From contig NW_026262701.1 in NCBI RefSeq assembly GCF_021869535.1, positions 84,258,001 to 84,322,000 of the forward strand: DNA of 64,000 nucleotides, read 5' to 3'. This DNA comes from Mytilus californianus (Eukaryota). The translations under genes and the position numbers were made by a program. Positions 52,001 through 63,923 of this stretch are shown piece after piece; the first letter of the stretch is position 1; every line of letters begins with the position of its first letter. The notes under the pieces were generated by a model. That model worked only from the letters and a program-made list of their open reading frames with translations, ran no database searches and was not told the origin of the DNA.

Positions 52001-55000
52001 ATTTTGAATATTTGACCAAGGGGGTGTATGGATTTTAAAAAATGCTTTAGATGTTAGCAGGCAGAACATCCTTAAATATGGGAAGCGTGATTTTCGTATT
52101 TGGAAAATTTGATTAGAACATGCTCAATCTACTCTTATTTATCTTAGTATTCTTTTCCCTTTTCTCTTTTTTAGTTTTTTTTTAGCAAAACCACATTTTT
52201 CTTAGTTATTTCGTGTCGTGTGAATCAAAGTGTATCAATCAAATTGAAATAAAAATTTACGAATTTGATGCGTTTGATGCGTTTTTCTGGATTAACTTTT
52301 ATCATGAATGTCCGAACCTCTGTGAAAACCAAGAATATATAACTGTATTTATACGTAAGGAGCTAAACATTCAAAAAGTACATGTATGGAATATCCTAAA
52401 GGCCAGCTTTGTGACGTCTGAGAGAAAAATAAAGAGGTGGAATAAAACAAGGGTACAGTAAAGAATCAAAGAGAAACTGACAACGCCATTGCAAAATATA
52501 AAACCGACCAAAAACAAATACTACATAGGAACTAAAGTCTATGCAACACGAAGCCAATAAAAAACCGGATGTGATCTTAGTTTAATTTTTTTATAAAGAG
52601 AGAATGTATGATAAGAATATTTTTTGGCCCTTTGAATTCAAAAATTATATATTTACCAAATAAGATCCTTCATATATTCAGAAGACATTTGTCTGACATC
52701 ATTAATGATTATGAATATTGTCTTATATATTCTGCAATGAGGCTTCAAAATTCTTGATTTTAGTCGAAACTAGAAAATTGCAGAAATATTGTGTAGTGAG
52801 GTTAGATATGGGCCAAGCATTTGCCCAAAAGGTTTAATGCTATAAATTGCATATTACACAGATGTTAATATGACAGTGTAAAATATTATTTTGGATAATG
52901 CCTTGGCTCATATCAATTTTGTCAAAAACGATGTGTAAAATGGCATTTTTTTTTACAAATATAACAATAACAACACAACCCGTGTCCTTTTTGTTCTAAA
53001 TTTAAATCAAAATCTATTAAAACGGGATGAATTCAACTTTCTAATTGTCAACTTCCCATTTCTCAATAGTAACATATCCTCTGCTTTGTTGTACGGTTTT
53101 TACATATCTCAGTTTATACGGTATGCTCGTTGATGTTCGTTAACAGGGATGCTCCGTACACAAAAACAGTTTCAACATAGTTATGAGGAAGTCCGATTGA
53201 AATCGACACTACATAAGTTTTACATTCACCATCACGAATTGGTAAACCGATACGCTGTGTTGGTGTCTCATTTCACTAGCTACATGTTTTCGCTGTCTTA
53301 CATCTTAAGATACCAAAAAAAGTCGTAAATAAAGCCAACAGTAGTATACCCTTTTCAGTAGTCATAAATCGATTAAGCGAAAGCAAATTCGGGTAACAAA
53401 CCAAAACCGAGGGAAACACATCAACTATAAGATGAAAACAACGGATCTGTAATATGACCGATTGTGACCTATTCACAATTGTGAAGTTCTGACTGAATGT
53501 TGAAAAAGACAAGTTTATAGAATTTCATATTTTGAAAAGTGTCCTTATTGTTTAGGTTTCAGTTCCAAAAAAACAAAATAAAACAAACATTTCTTGAGTT
53601 GGAATTTACTTTGTAGCTTGCTTGGCTTTCGATTATTATGATTCGTTCACCACTGTTGTTACTTCTTATGTAGACGAAACTCGTGTCAGGTATACAAAAC
53701 TATAAGCTTAGAAATAGAAAAAGATGTGGTATGTATGCAAATGGGCTACTATCCACCAGAGTTCAAATGAAGTGCATGTAAGCAATTTTAGGCCACCGTT
53801 CGACCTTCAACAATGAGAAAAACCCTAACCGTATAATTGGCTATAAAAGGATCCGACATGCAAAATGTGAAACAATTCAAAGCAGAAAACTAACGGCCTA
53901 ATTCAAAACAAAACAATGTACGAAAAACATATACGACAGAATTCAACCAACAACAACAACTGAACTATAGGCTCCTTATTTGAGACAGGCTCCTAACTAT
54001 CCTACTGTCTGTCGATACATTTATTTTTGGCATTGCACTAGTCATGTCTTCTTTGACTGTCCATGAAGTTAAAATACTAAATCCCTGGGGTGTGTTTTAG
54101 TTGGTTTTAGTCTCTGATGCATGATTTTTTATTATTAATTGTTTTGGCTTTTAACTAGCTGTCAGTAACTGCGAGTACTCTCAAATCGTACTTTCTTGTT
54201 TATTTGACCTGTTGATACTAATTGTATTGCTTTTTTGTTATTTAATGTTATTCAGGGTTATATCTGGTCTATATACCAGCTTTGATAAGTGTTTGGTATA
54301 ACTATAAATTTTCACTTCGTACTATGAACATTAAAATTATTTATTTTGTAAAAATATTTCCTTTCTCTATTGGTACTGTACACGTATACCTAACAACAAA
54401 ATTATTTTCATTTACCTGTGTTTATAGTTATTACAAATGGCTGATATTTTTGTTCGAGCATATAGTTTTTCTTTAATTGTTTAACATTTCTTACCGATAT
54501 AACATGTTACTTTTATTATTCTACCCTTAGTTTATTTATTTTGTATTTACATTGTGTCATAGGTCAAATTTATTTGTTCAGTGTATGTTCAATGGTGTTA
54601 ATATGTCCTTTGATTGAGTTAAGATATTTCAGATGATATTTTATAGTGTGTCTTTCTATGTTGTGATGTTACACTATTGTTTCAGAAAAAGGGTGAAGGT
54701 TTGGTACCATTAAAACGTTTAAACCCGCTGCATTTGTTTGCACCTGTCCTAAGTCAGGAATCTGATGTTCAGTAGTTGTCGTTTGTTGATGTGGTTCATA
54801 ATAGTTTCTCGTTTCTCGTTTTTTATATAGATAAGACCGTTGGTTTTCCCGTTTGAATGGTTTTCCATTAGTAATTTTTTGGGGCCCTTTATAGATTACT
54901 GTCGGTGTGAGCCAAGGCTCCGTGCTGAAGACCGTACTGTGACCTATAATGGTTTACTTTTATAAATTTTGACTTGGATGGAGAGTCATACCACATCTTC

Positions 55001-55784
55001 TTATATCTACATACAGTATATTTGATAGTGTTTTAAGGTATATATAAATGAAACGTTTCACTGGCAATAAATATTAATAAGAGAGACATAGGCAGCTTGT
55101 ATCAGCAACTTCTGAATCATTATGTGAATTTCTATAACCTTTACAGAGAATCAAAAGTTTCTAATTAATTGATGAATTTCTTATTCCGTTATATGATCCA
55201 AATTAGTTTCTGGGTTTTGTAAGCAACGCTGTACTTTGCCATCTCTATAAAAATTGAAGGGATCGTTGTATATGAATATATAAACTCAAATTTTTCTAGT
55301 CAATATTTTTTTGTTTTCAAACTTTTGAGTCTTAGGGAAGCAGTAGAAAATTACAAAAACATGAATATTAATCAATAAGGTATATACATGTTTTCAAACT
55401 TAAGTAATACAGTGAAAACCGATGACGTAATGGTATTATTGTTAATTCTGGTGTGATCATAATTAAAGTATAACAAACTCCAAAATATGTGATCTGATGA
55501 TTGGTACAAGACAATAGAAATTTCATTCAACAAGTAAAGAATGTTCAATAGGTGTTCAATTTTATTCTTCAAATAAGATTTTTTTATATTTTATTATTCA
55601 AGTACTTAAACAAGTTGTAATGTGTTTAAAAAAAATCTTCATTGTTACGGAGTGAACTATCATGCTGCTACTATTTAAATAATACATACGCTCTCTGTGA
55701 CTTAAAGTGTCACCAGTTTGAGTTCCATCAGACATTGATGAATTTCTCATTTTTCCACTTGTTTCTAGTGTTGAGTTTTCAGTT
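30958..55784 (-). CDS. SLC4: SLC4-family bicarbonate transporter (Na+-coupled NBC/NDCBE-like lineage), 20 exons, ~1035 aa
   Basis: Manually spliced GT-AG exons with mutually consistent phases. Band-3 cytoplasmic and HCO3- transporter motifs: [67 protein letters not shown]. One frameshift in the 40533-41048 exon. The specific paralogue is not assignable. Confidence 0.95.
31704..31817 (-). CDS. SLC4 tail exon B ([10 protein letters not shown]...[14 protein letters not shown])
   Basis: TTGCAG acceptor, GTAAGT donor, 114 bp, phase 0-0. Confidence 0.7.
32203..32268 (-). CDS. SLC4 tail exon A ([22 protein letters not shown])
   Basis: TACAG acceptor, GTAAGT donor, phase 0-0, open; similar to exon B. 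No family homology recognised. Confidence 0.65.
34027..34234. mobile_element. Degenerate TA-site MITE
   Basis: TACTGT... left end and ...ACTTACAG right end, with TTTTCGCG-rich interior like 35271-35487. Confidence 0.45.
34661..34987 (-). CDS. SLC4 exon (TM13-14 and proximal acidic tail)
   Basis: [17 protein letters not shown]...FPVMVL...ELKWLDD; 327 bp; GTAAGA donor. Confidence 0.95.
35271..35487. mobile_element. Tc1/mariner-type MITE with TA TSD, inserted in a Penelope-like 3' fragment
   Basis: TA|CCGTATAGCGG...CCGCTATACGG|TA. Confidence 0.88.
35989..36057 (-). CDS. SLC4 exon ([23 protein letters not shown])
   Basis: 69 bp, phase 0-0. Confidence 0.96.
36820..36892 (-). CDS. SLC4 exon (EQRLTPLII...)
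   Basis: 73 bp, phase 2-0. Confidence 0.94.
38025..38203 (-). CDS. SLC4 exon (KGCGYHLDL...[14 protein letters not shown]...FLGCR)
   Basis: 179 bp, phase 0-2. Confidence 0.96.
39407..39571 (-). CDS. SLC4 exon (PSDPTRPW...[19 protein letters not shown])
   Basis: 165 bp, phase 0-0. Confidence 0.96.
39903..40016 (-). CDS. SLC4 exon ([10 protein letters not shown]...TPKLIVP)
   Basis: 114 bp, phase 0-0. Confidence 0.95.
40533..41048 (-). CDS. SLC4 exon (TM4-TM6 and Cys-containing extracellular loop 3), frameshifted at the T7 run 40984-40990
   Basis: [21 protein letters not shown] is in one frame and [21 protein letters not shown] in another. The exon is 516 bp where 3n+1 is required. Confidence 0.93.
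41546..41679 (-). CDS. SLC4 exon (TM2-TM3, [12 protein letters not shown])
   Basis: 134 bp, phase 0-2. Confidence 0.96.
42679..42853 (-). CDS. SLC4 exon ([12 protein letters not shown]...TM1)
   Basis: 175 bp, GTAAGT donor. Confidence 0.96.
43936..44021 (-). CDS. SLC4 exon (ERRNFF...DDTLVRTGR)
   Basis: 86 bp; ends in the conserved L.RTGR before TM1. Confidence 0.92.
44862..45008 (-). CDS. SLC4 exon ([10 protein letters not shown]...VLPPGQWDP...PSQ)
   Basis: 147 bp, phase 0-0. Confidence 0.95.
45315..45560 (-). CDS. SLC4 exon ([14 protein letters not shown]...[13 protein letters not shown])
   Basis: 246 bp, CTGCAG/GTGAG. Confidence 0.96.
47939..48027 (-). CDS. SLC4 exon ([12 protein letters not shown]...SPLVK)
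   Basis: 89 bp, GTGAGT donor. Supplies the phase 1-to-0 change needed between its neighbours. Confidence 0.75.
48561..50056 (+). mobile_element. HINE-like element, third family, with ~167-bp internal repeats
   Basis: TTTTTAGCTCACCTGGCC..GGGCCAAGTGAGC terminal hairpin and (CGTC)n tract. GGAGTTATTGCCCTTAAA recurs near 49000, 49330, 49500, 49665 and 49835. The 3' end is GGTGAGCG. Confidence 0.75.
50245..50406 (-). CDS. SLC4 exon (LITEELAK...LLTRHEHEQ...MPK)
   Basis: 162 bp, phase 1-1, GTAAGT donor, equivalent to the LL..H.HQ motif. Confidence 0.88.
50723..50883 (-). CDS. SLC4 exon ([20 protein letters not shown]...)
   Basis: 161 bp, AG/GTAAGT. Confidence 0.96.
51846..51975 (-). CDS. SLC4 exon (IRSISRL...WMESAR)
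   Basis: 130 bp, AG/GT, homologous to LFTELDEL...WKETAR. Confidence 0.92.
53030..53290 (+). pseudogene. Penelope-like RT C-terminal fragment
   Basis: [33 protein letters not shown] and [20 protein letters not shown]; same family as 26950-27540. Confidence 0.8.
53990..55010 (+). mobile_element. Family B dispersed repeat (longest copy)
   Basis: Ends GGAGAGTCATACCACATCTTCTTATATCTA. Related ends at 48430-48495, 53705-53985 (inverted), 58790-59070 and 60370-60730. Confidence 0.8.
55690..55784 (-). CDS. SLC4 exon 1 seen (candidate start ATG at 55750; [20 protein letters not shown])
   Basis: TTTTAG acceptor and GTATGT donor. The phase-1 end joins the next exon to give ERIRSI, like NBCe1 AERIRFI. 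AAAATG context. Confidence 0.65.
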
Positions 55785-55860
55785 CTAAAATTTAAAAAAA
55801 AAATCCGTTTATTTAAGTTTTTTAAGGATAAATACAATGTAATATGTTGCTTTACATATA

Positions 55861-56059
55861 CTGTGGATTCATTTATTCGTGGGTAACAATTTTCGTGGAT
55901 TAAGGAAAATTGCATTATCGTGGATATATGATTTCGTGGTTTTGCCAATCTCAAAACCTATAGAAAATTTGTAATTCGTTGAACATTTGAATTCGTGGTT
56001 CACATGTACCAATGAAACCCAAGAAAATTGGTATTCAAAAAATAATAATGAATCCACAG
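55861..56059. mobile_element. TA-TSD MITE
   Basis: TA|CTGTGGATTCATT...AATGAATCCACAG|TA. Confidence 0.88.
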
Positions 56060-56298
56060 TATAGATATATTTTATTTTAGGAGTCGACTCCAAAAAGGAT
56101 CGAGACTTGGTTCGTTGACAGGGTAAACGTCTCACCGAAAACAACTTTTCATTGTATTTTTTGTTTTGCTTTAATGATTTAAGACAACAATAGTTTATGA
56201 GATTGATGGGCGTTATAATAACAGCTTAAAATGCATACTCTTTCGAGGCATATGTATATAGGGCCATCCGAGTCACAATGAATTGTTGACACGTTTGA

Positions 56299-56452
56299 TA
56301 GAGAAACGTGTTACAGTTTATTAGCATACCATAGAGCAACACGTTGCGGTTGATTTGCGTACCCTAGAGCAACGCGTTGCTATTTGTTCGCGCACCCTAG
56401 AACAATACGCACCAGTTAGTTAGTTCACGTAGCCTAGAGTAACGCGTAACAG
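56299..56452. repeat. Degenerate ~33-bp tandem repeat x5 with palindromic GCAACGCGTTGC cores
   Basis: TAGA(G/A) at 56299, 56332, 56365, 56398 and 56435. Confidence 0.7.
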
Positions 56453-59400
56453 TCCCTTCCTTTTTTTATTTGCCGATTCGCTACCGTACCAATCGTAGTA
56501 AGAACTTGGAGCCGTCATTGATTTTTGATAATACTTGATGTATACGCTTCATGTCAACGTATGTCTTATGAAACATTATCAAAAGTATTTTGGAGGATTT
56601 TTAGCTGCAACTTAGTATTAATTTCACTTTGATATTTTTTGTAGGCTTTTAGAAAACATGAAAAAATGAGAGCCATCTTAATATACAACAATCACCTCAT
56701 TAGTGATGTTTTAATGATGAAATAATACTAAAACTATATTCTCCTCCGCGATACAGAAGCTTAATCGTGCAAGTTTCTCAAATATATCACATGGACATTC
56801 AATCAGGAAACATAATGTAAGACATTATCATTTAGGTGATCAAAAATGTCTATTGTTAAGTATCTTTATCATTCTTATATTTTTCGGCATTTTACAAAAA
56901 CCGTTTCTAACAGGTGTATGAAAGATTTACCAATGCTAAAAGTACTTTCAAGAAGAGAGTCGGTGCAATTTACTATAACTATATGACAGTTGTTCTTGTT
57001 GACATGTTAACCAACATCAGTCACACGTTTTGTAAGAAAGTCGTTCATAGATGGTATTGTTATACATTGCTTATACATAAGAAAATATTCCTCTATTATT
57101 ATTTTTCAGTATAAATAAATAAAACAAAAACCATACGCTAAACAAGCAGAAACGCAAATCTATATTTAGAAATTAAAAGGCCATTTCAACTCAAATCGTG
57201 TAAGGTATGTTTGATGCATGCACTTGTGCACTAACTATAATCTTGTGTAGAATCACAAACAAAGTGTTCTAGAAAAGATGAAATCGCTATCAAATAAAAG
57301 ATTAAACTAGATTTTGCTATGCAATTCGATTTCTTTAATTTTATCAAGATGAATGAAATAATATGCATTAAATGATACTTCCAAAAACAAATCTAACGGT
57401 TGGAGTTAGTACAAACCGTACCTGATACGTAGCAAATCGGGAAACATCTAATAAGAGCCATGCGTTGCAAATATTGTACGTTTGAAGTTCGATATCCCTT
57501 ATATTTGTAATGAACTCGTCTTTTCTAGGAGTTACAAAAATATGTTCTAACCAGTAAAAGTTGCCCCTACAAACTGCAACGCGCTTCACCAGCGAACGTT
57601 TAAACGTATGTCGTATGACCCTTCATATATGTATGCCTTTTTTGTATCGCTTAGATTTTATTAAATGTCTAAAAATGACTCCTAGTTTTTCTAGTCGATT
57701 TAGTTATATTTTTGTCTTCCTTTGTTTGATAAATGGTTAAGCTTGACTCTTTCGTATCTTCTTATTTTGTTGATACGATTTATAAAAAAAATGTTTTTGA
57801 TGATTTCACTATAAAGCACTGTTCTTTGATCTTTAAAGGTAACAAACAGCACAGTTACAACAAAAAAGAAAGAAAGAAGAACGATACCAATTATCTTCCT
57901 TTTATCAACGGAAAATTACTTCAATTCTTTTAAAATTATGTTAATTTTACTGATAAATGAATCTAATCTGCGAATTAAGTGCAGAACTATCCGAGGTAAT
58001 TTAATTATGAAGTCAGGAATATGTCGCATAACATGAATGTTACCAATGTTACTGCACCATATGCACATTTTTACTTTAAATGTCTCTCGAGTCCAAAATA
58101 TTTTGCAAATCGAAAACATTAAGCAAACTTTGAAGAGGACACGAAATCAAAGCATTACATTTTAGGGAGATAATACATTAATATTTTAATTTGATTTCCT
58201 ACATAATAACACATTATAACAAATCTCAATTAATCAACATTCATATTTAAATGCCAGTACCAAAGTACTGAGCTAGTACACTGGTGATACCCTCGGGGGC
58301 TAACAGTCAATCTGTTGTAGTATCGACCCGGTGGTAGTCGTAACATTAACCCTACGAAATAGACACACTTGACCTAAAATGTCCATTGAGCGCATAGTGT
58401 TTGGCAAAATGAGATATGAGCAACACACTTATCTAAAAATATAAGCATTTTGGACTCAATCATTACTTAAAGAGAAATTCATTATCCAAATGTGAATCTG
58501 GTGCAGTAAAAGTGGTAACGTAAACTTTATTTGTATAACTCGTTTTGTAGCAAAATATCTTTTTTGACAAAGCTGTGCCTCATGTCTAAGTATTATCGAC
58601 AAGATCTCAAAACTAAGATATTCTAGCAGTTCTTATTTAATAATGAAGTGTGAATCCCTTAAGCTTATATTTTCACCAAAATTCAAATTATCAATACTGA
58701 TATCTGACAGACTAATGTCTCTTGAACAATTTTTCAAATTTTGATTTCAAAACCCTGAAAATATGCTTACGGTTGTGGAAAAAGGGGGGGGGGCAATGTG
58801 TCTGTCACATGTAACGAGGTTGTCTTCAGCTGTTCGCGTTGGTTGATGTCATATTTGTCATTCTGTTTATTGGTTTGTAATGCATCAGACCGTTGTTGTT
58901 TTCGTTTGAATTGTTTCACATTTTGTCATATTGAGGTCTTTTTAAAGCTAACTATCCAGTCTGGGTTAAGCTCTCTGTTGAATGTTGTACGGTGACCTAT
59001 AGTTGCTTAAATTTTTGGCATTTGGACTTTAAAGGTGTCTCATTGGTAACAATGGCAGATCTCCTTATTCTAAATTAATCTTTTAAAAACCAGGTATCGC
59101 AGTTTTAACTTTTTGCTTATTTCTTCAACGAGAATAAGACTATAAAAGTTTTATTCAAAAGACAAGAGGAAGCAAAATGTAACGAATTGAAGCTAAAACA
59201 TTGAATTTTACAAGTACACACCTTTGTTATATCAGTTTCAAAAAGTTTTAGTATACCATTCAAACTTATACCAATACATATACCTACAATTTTTTTTACA
59301 ACAAATGAATAATAAAATCTGAGAAAACACATAATCTATTTCTTTTGCAATTTATAGCCCTAGATTTTGCAAGATTTCAAGACCTTGAATAGCACACAGA

Positions 59401-60171
59401 TACAATGTGTTACATGAGGTATTACATAATATACACATGTTAATGACAAAACAAAAAGACACAACTCAAGGTTAATAATCAGTACATACAATTAATCTAT
59501 TTACTGTCTGTCTAACTATTTCTGCAAAGTGGAGAAATTGTTTATTATAATGACAAACAAGAACAAAACATTATACTATATCATTAATTCTTGTCATGTC
59601 ATTGACGCAAAAAAGTGTCTACCACCATAATAATTACGCTATTTTTATTCTTTGCATTTTTTTTAGAAAAAAAGATGTTCACGTTAGCGTATAAATGTAA
59701 GCTATTTACAGATTTATTTTTTTTCAATTGATTTTTAAATCTGTGCATCTTTTAAATAATTCGAAAGTTTTCCAAAATGAATAGGTACTTATTTTTCGTA
59801 AGAAAACTCTTTATTGCCGTATACAGTATAAACTTTTTTTCTTTTGGTCAAAGTGTATGTCATATAATTAGATGAGAATGAAAATATAAAATGAAAATAT
59901 GGAATTGAATGAACTTTTTCTTGATGATATTTTTCGTTAAATAATCAAGAATTTTCTAAATATACTGCCAAAATTTAACCAAAGGTACTTACTTAAAATG
60001 AAACAAACATAACCGGTAATAACTGTCCTAAGATATTTCAGTTTTACACGAGAAACTCTACACTAAAATGTACGACAAAAGGGACGTTTTTTCTTTCTCT
60101 ATTGTTAATTTTCCTTTTTTGGACAGTGATGTTCCCTTGGCACCATCTAACGGTGTTTATATTTCCAATAC

Positions 60172-60445
60172 AGAATGTGGCGGGGTTAAATATGTTAGCG
60201 GGCGCCCAACCCTCCCCTAACCTGGGACAGTGGTGTTTCAATACAACATATGAACAAACTATAAAAATCAGTTGAAAAGGGCTTAACGCATCATATAGAT
60301 ACAAAGCACAAAAACAAGTAACAAAAACACAGAGTAGACGTGGCAGGGTACTATATAGTTTTTTCTTATGTCGTACTGTAACATCACTGTCCCAGGTAAG
60401 GGGGAGGGTTGTCGCCTTTAAACTAGTTTAACCCCGCCACATTCT
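60172..60445. repeat. Local inverted repeat (~80-bp arms, ~115-bp spacer)
   Basis: AGAATGTGGCGGGGTTAAA...CCCTCCCCTAACCTGGGACAGTG versus CACTGTCCCAGGTAAGGGGGAGGG...TTTAACCCCGCCACATTCT. Confidence 0.85.
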
Positions 60446-61039
60446 AGATGTGCCTGTCCCTAATCAGGAGCCTGTAATTCAGTGGTTGTCGTTTGTTGCT
60501 GTATATCATATTTGTTTTTCGTTCATTATTTTGTACATAAATCAGGCTGTTAGTTTTCTCGTTAGAATTGTCATTTGTCATTTCTGGGCCTTTTATAGCT
60601 GACTATGCGGTATGGGTTTTATTCATTGTTAAAGGCCGTACAATGATTTAAAGTTGTTAATGTCTGTGTCATTTGGTCTCTTGTGGAGAGTTGTCTCATT
60701 GGCAATCAAACCACATCTTCTTATTTTTATATTTAATTAATATTAAACAAAATCGGTCAACTGTGTAAGCATTTTCTGTGATGCATTCATCACCCGTCAC
60801 ACGATTCAAAAGTCCCATCAAGTAATTTCAAATCAATTAACCTACCGTAACCGGTAATAATATCATAAGACACATTGGTGGACATTTGTGATCAATGACA
60901 GTTAAAATATCACAGTGAGTTAGGAAATTGAGACACTCACTATCGTAAAATTAAGGATTGGGACCACACAAAGTTTGGAGTTTCATCTCCTTGCTTTCAG
61001 GAGTAGTTTTTATGTTAATAGTATACCTCTTTTAAGAAA

Positions 61040-61320
61040 ATCGCTATAATGAGTATAAAAGAGAGGCGAATGGAACATTTAAACTCATAATAGAAAAACA
61101 AAGGATATGGGATATCCATCCATGACACAAAATCAGTAAATGCACTATAACAAAACATACAAAAAGCAAAGAAACAGCGCTTTTACTGCTGTAAGTCGAA
61201 AATAAACTGAAAACGCCATGGCTAGAAAAAAAAAAAGACCAACAGACAAACAATAATAGTACACAAAACACAACACAGAAAACTAAAGACTGAGCAACAC
61301 GAACCCCACCAAAAGCTTTG
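61040..61320 (-). repeat. Penelope-like 3'-end repeat copy
   Basis: GACTGAGCAACACGAACCCCACCAAAA. Related copies at 31440-31660, 32720-33010, 37050-37230 and 52450-52580. Confidence 0.65.
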
Positions 61321-62269
61321 AAATATCTACAGAAATACATAAACGCAATACGCTGTGGAAAATGGTATGTTTTACAAACTAATTAGATTTGACAATAGGA
61401 AACTTAAATCATCGCATTTGTTATATATCAGAGTTTTCAATCGTCCAACAACATCAATTTCATAAAATGGCAGAACTTCTTGTCTCTGCTGTTTTGTTTC
61501 AATCTATTTCAAGTTCGGTGATGAGTAACTTCAACCCTATTAAAAACGCCTTACCATGATGACAAACCATTGTCTCTTTACTTAAGCTTAAGGTTTTAGC
61601 AATCGAACTTGCAAAGAACAGCTTGCTTGTAATTTATGTAGAAAGTTAGAATATTGATTCCACTTCAACTATCGAAAAAAAGTCCATATAGACAGGTAGG
61701 GAAATGGAAATTCAGAGCGACACAGGAAAACAAAAAGCATTAGGAATAAGGAAACATTATTCAAGGATGAAAACAATGGATACTTCGAAAAAAATTATTA
61801 TACCGAAAACTGAAACTCCAACAAAATAAAATCATATATAAATATACAGGTGGCCTATAATATAAATGAATATATCCGCCTGGCTACTTTAAAGGCAAGG
61901 AATTGTGTATATGCTTTCAATTATTGGTTCATATAGTATAGATCATTTGTTATAATGAAATATAAAGCTGTTTTATTCTCAATTTTGTTCTTTGAGTTCC
62001 GATAAATCGTCCTACAATGAAATCATATTTTTATAGCGAGAATAAAAAGAAGTTTTTATTGCAAATTGTTCTTAAAATGGAAACAAAAAGAACGTAAATG
62101 TATTTCCAACGAACAGAGATACTATAAGTCTTACTTACCTAAAATATGCAAAGTTGAAAATATATCCTTTGAAGAACAGACAAAAATCGATAAAAAATGA
62201 GAACGCATTTACCTTTTAGTTAAGCGAAACTCCGGACAAATACCTTAACGATAAAGAAAGTTGACGGTC

Positions 62270-62400
62270 ATTGTAAAAGTGTGCTTGTTAATTAATAAAC
62301 ATGTCCATATATATAGCATATCACAGGTAAAGGATAACGAACATACTGCGTTTAACACAGAAATAACCATTTGGAACCCAAGGTTAATATATACAAACAA
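62270..62400. repeat. Dispersed direct repeat of 26410-26530
   Basis: Shared GTCCAT.TATAT..AGCATATCACAGGTAAAGG.TA.CGAAC..ACTGCGTT. Confidence 0.7.
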
Positions 62401-63290
62401 ATAAAATAAAATCATCATTACATGCACATGATTAAACAAGGGCCTTCAAACAGAGAAAACCTTACACTACACATTGTTGGTGAAATAAACATACATCTAA
62501 ACCAGACGAGATATCATTTGAGTAAAAAAGAGCAACACAACGGGTGCCACATGCTTTAATCACGGACTTATAAATAGATGGGACAATTGAACTTTGTTTT
62601 TTTTTTTGCATATATGTCCATATTCCTGTCTATAAAAATTGGTCAGAAATTCACAACAAACATTCTATTATTGCATCTAAAAAAAAAGGCAAATGTTTTT
62701 AAGAAATTTTGTTGATACATTTATGTTTCCAATGACAAATTTGCAATTTGATGGTCATTTAGGATAGTTTCTGCTTCACACAAAGTGTATAAACTAAGAT
62801 GGTAAAATTGAAACGGTGGATTTTTATAATCTTATGTTTTCCAAGAAATATTGCAATTCCAATAAGTTTGTGCGAAATTCTTTGATTGATTTAATAAAGG
62901 ATATCCTGCTGATTTTAAAAGATGGTAAATTAGCCTTATTTTTAAATATTATTACTGTGAATAAACAATGCGAGTCAATCAAAAGGTATGATATGTTTAT
63001 CATATACAGCCAGAAAACTTTTGGAAATGGATTGTTGTTCCTTCTAAAGCTTGAATATGAATCTGGAAGTATTGCAGATAGTCTATTGTTCCTGCCTAGA
63101 GAAAAACATGCATCTCCTAATGAATGCACGAAAAAAAGATCCATTGCTATTTGAATTTAATTAAAGATATTTTTGTCGTCAAAATATTGATATTTACTAA
63201 AAGTTTACATTGATGCGCATGTGTGAAAAACGAGAACCGCTAAATTATAACAATAAAATCCATTTTATTGGGCCGATTTCCAGATCTTAA

Positions 63291-63920
63291 AGGGGCATTT
63301 GCTGTCAAATTCATGTTCACCGATTTGACTCAAATTCTAATTTTTGATTTATAAACTACTAAAATGTATATCTAACTTATAAAAAGATAAAAAGTCTAAA
63401 ACGAACAATTAACACAGCATGGAGTCGATAATATGTATCCGCATTTCGTGTTAATTTAAGTCTAGACGCCATCTTATCAACAATCGAGGGGACCTCCGAA
63501 GATTGCCGATGGTCATAAACCCTATATAAACATAAATGTAGATATAAATAGATAGCGAACACGTGCAATTGGATTTTTTATAGGTTAAACAAATATGCTA
63601 ATCACCGTTTTTACCTGTATAAGAATAAGTTTTTTGTGGATCGAATCAATCAACCAAATGGCTAATCCTTGTTTCACTTTCAATGTTGACATTCTTTTCC
63701 TTCTCATAGCTGAACACGCTTAGTTCATGCTTAAAACCATCTCTAGCTAAGGGGTTAAACAGAAAGTCACATGAATACGGATTAAATGAGGTCGAATTAT
63801 TCACTTGCAAGTGAATAGTTCGTCAGCGATGTTTCTTAGCTTATTTTGAGAAAATTGAACCAAACATGCTGCTAAAAGCGAATTATTATTTCGCTATTTC
63901 ATTTTCTTTTATAACTGCAC
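63291..63920. mobile_element. Kolobok-like MITE left portion (TTAA|AGGGGC end)
   Basis: TTAA at 63287-63290 followed by AGGGGCATTTGCTGTCAAATTCATG. The right end is not visible. Confidence 0.45.
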
Positions 63921-63923
63921 AAA

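Noticed and set aside
63377-63568. ORF containing AAGATGGCG as a possible SLC4 first exon
   Set aside because: It lies inside a Kolobok-like MITE and I found no convincing donor.
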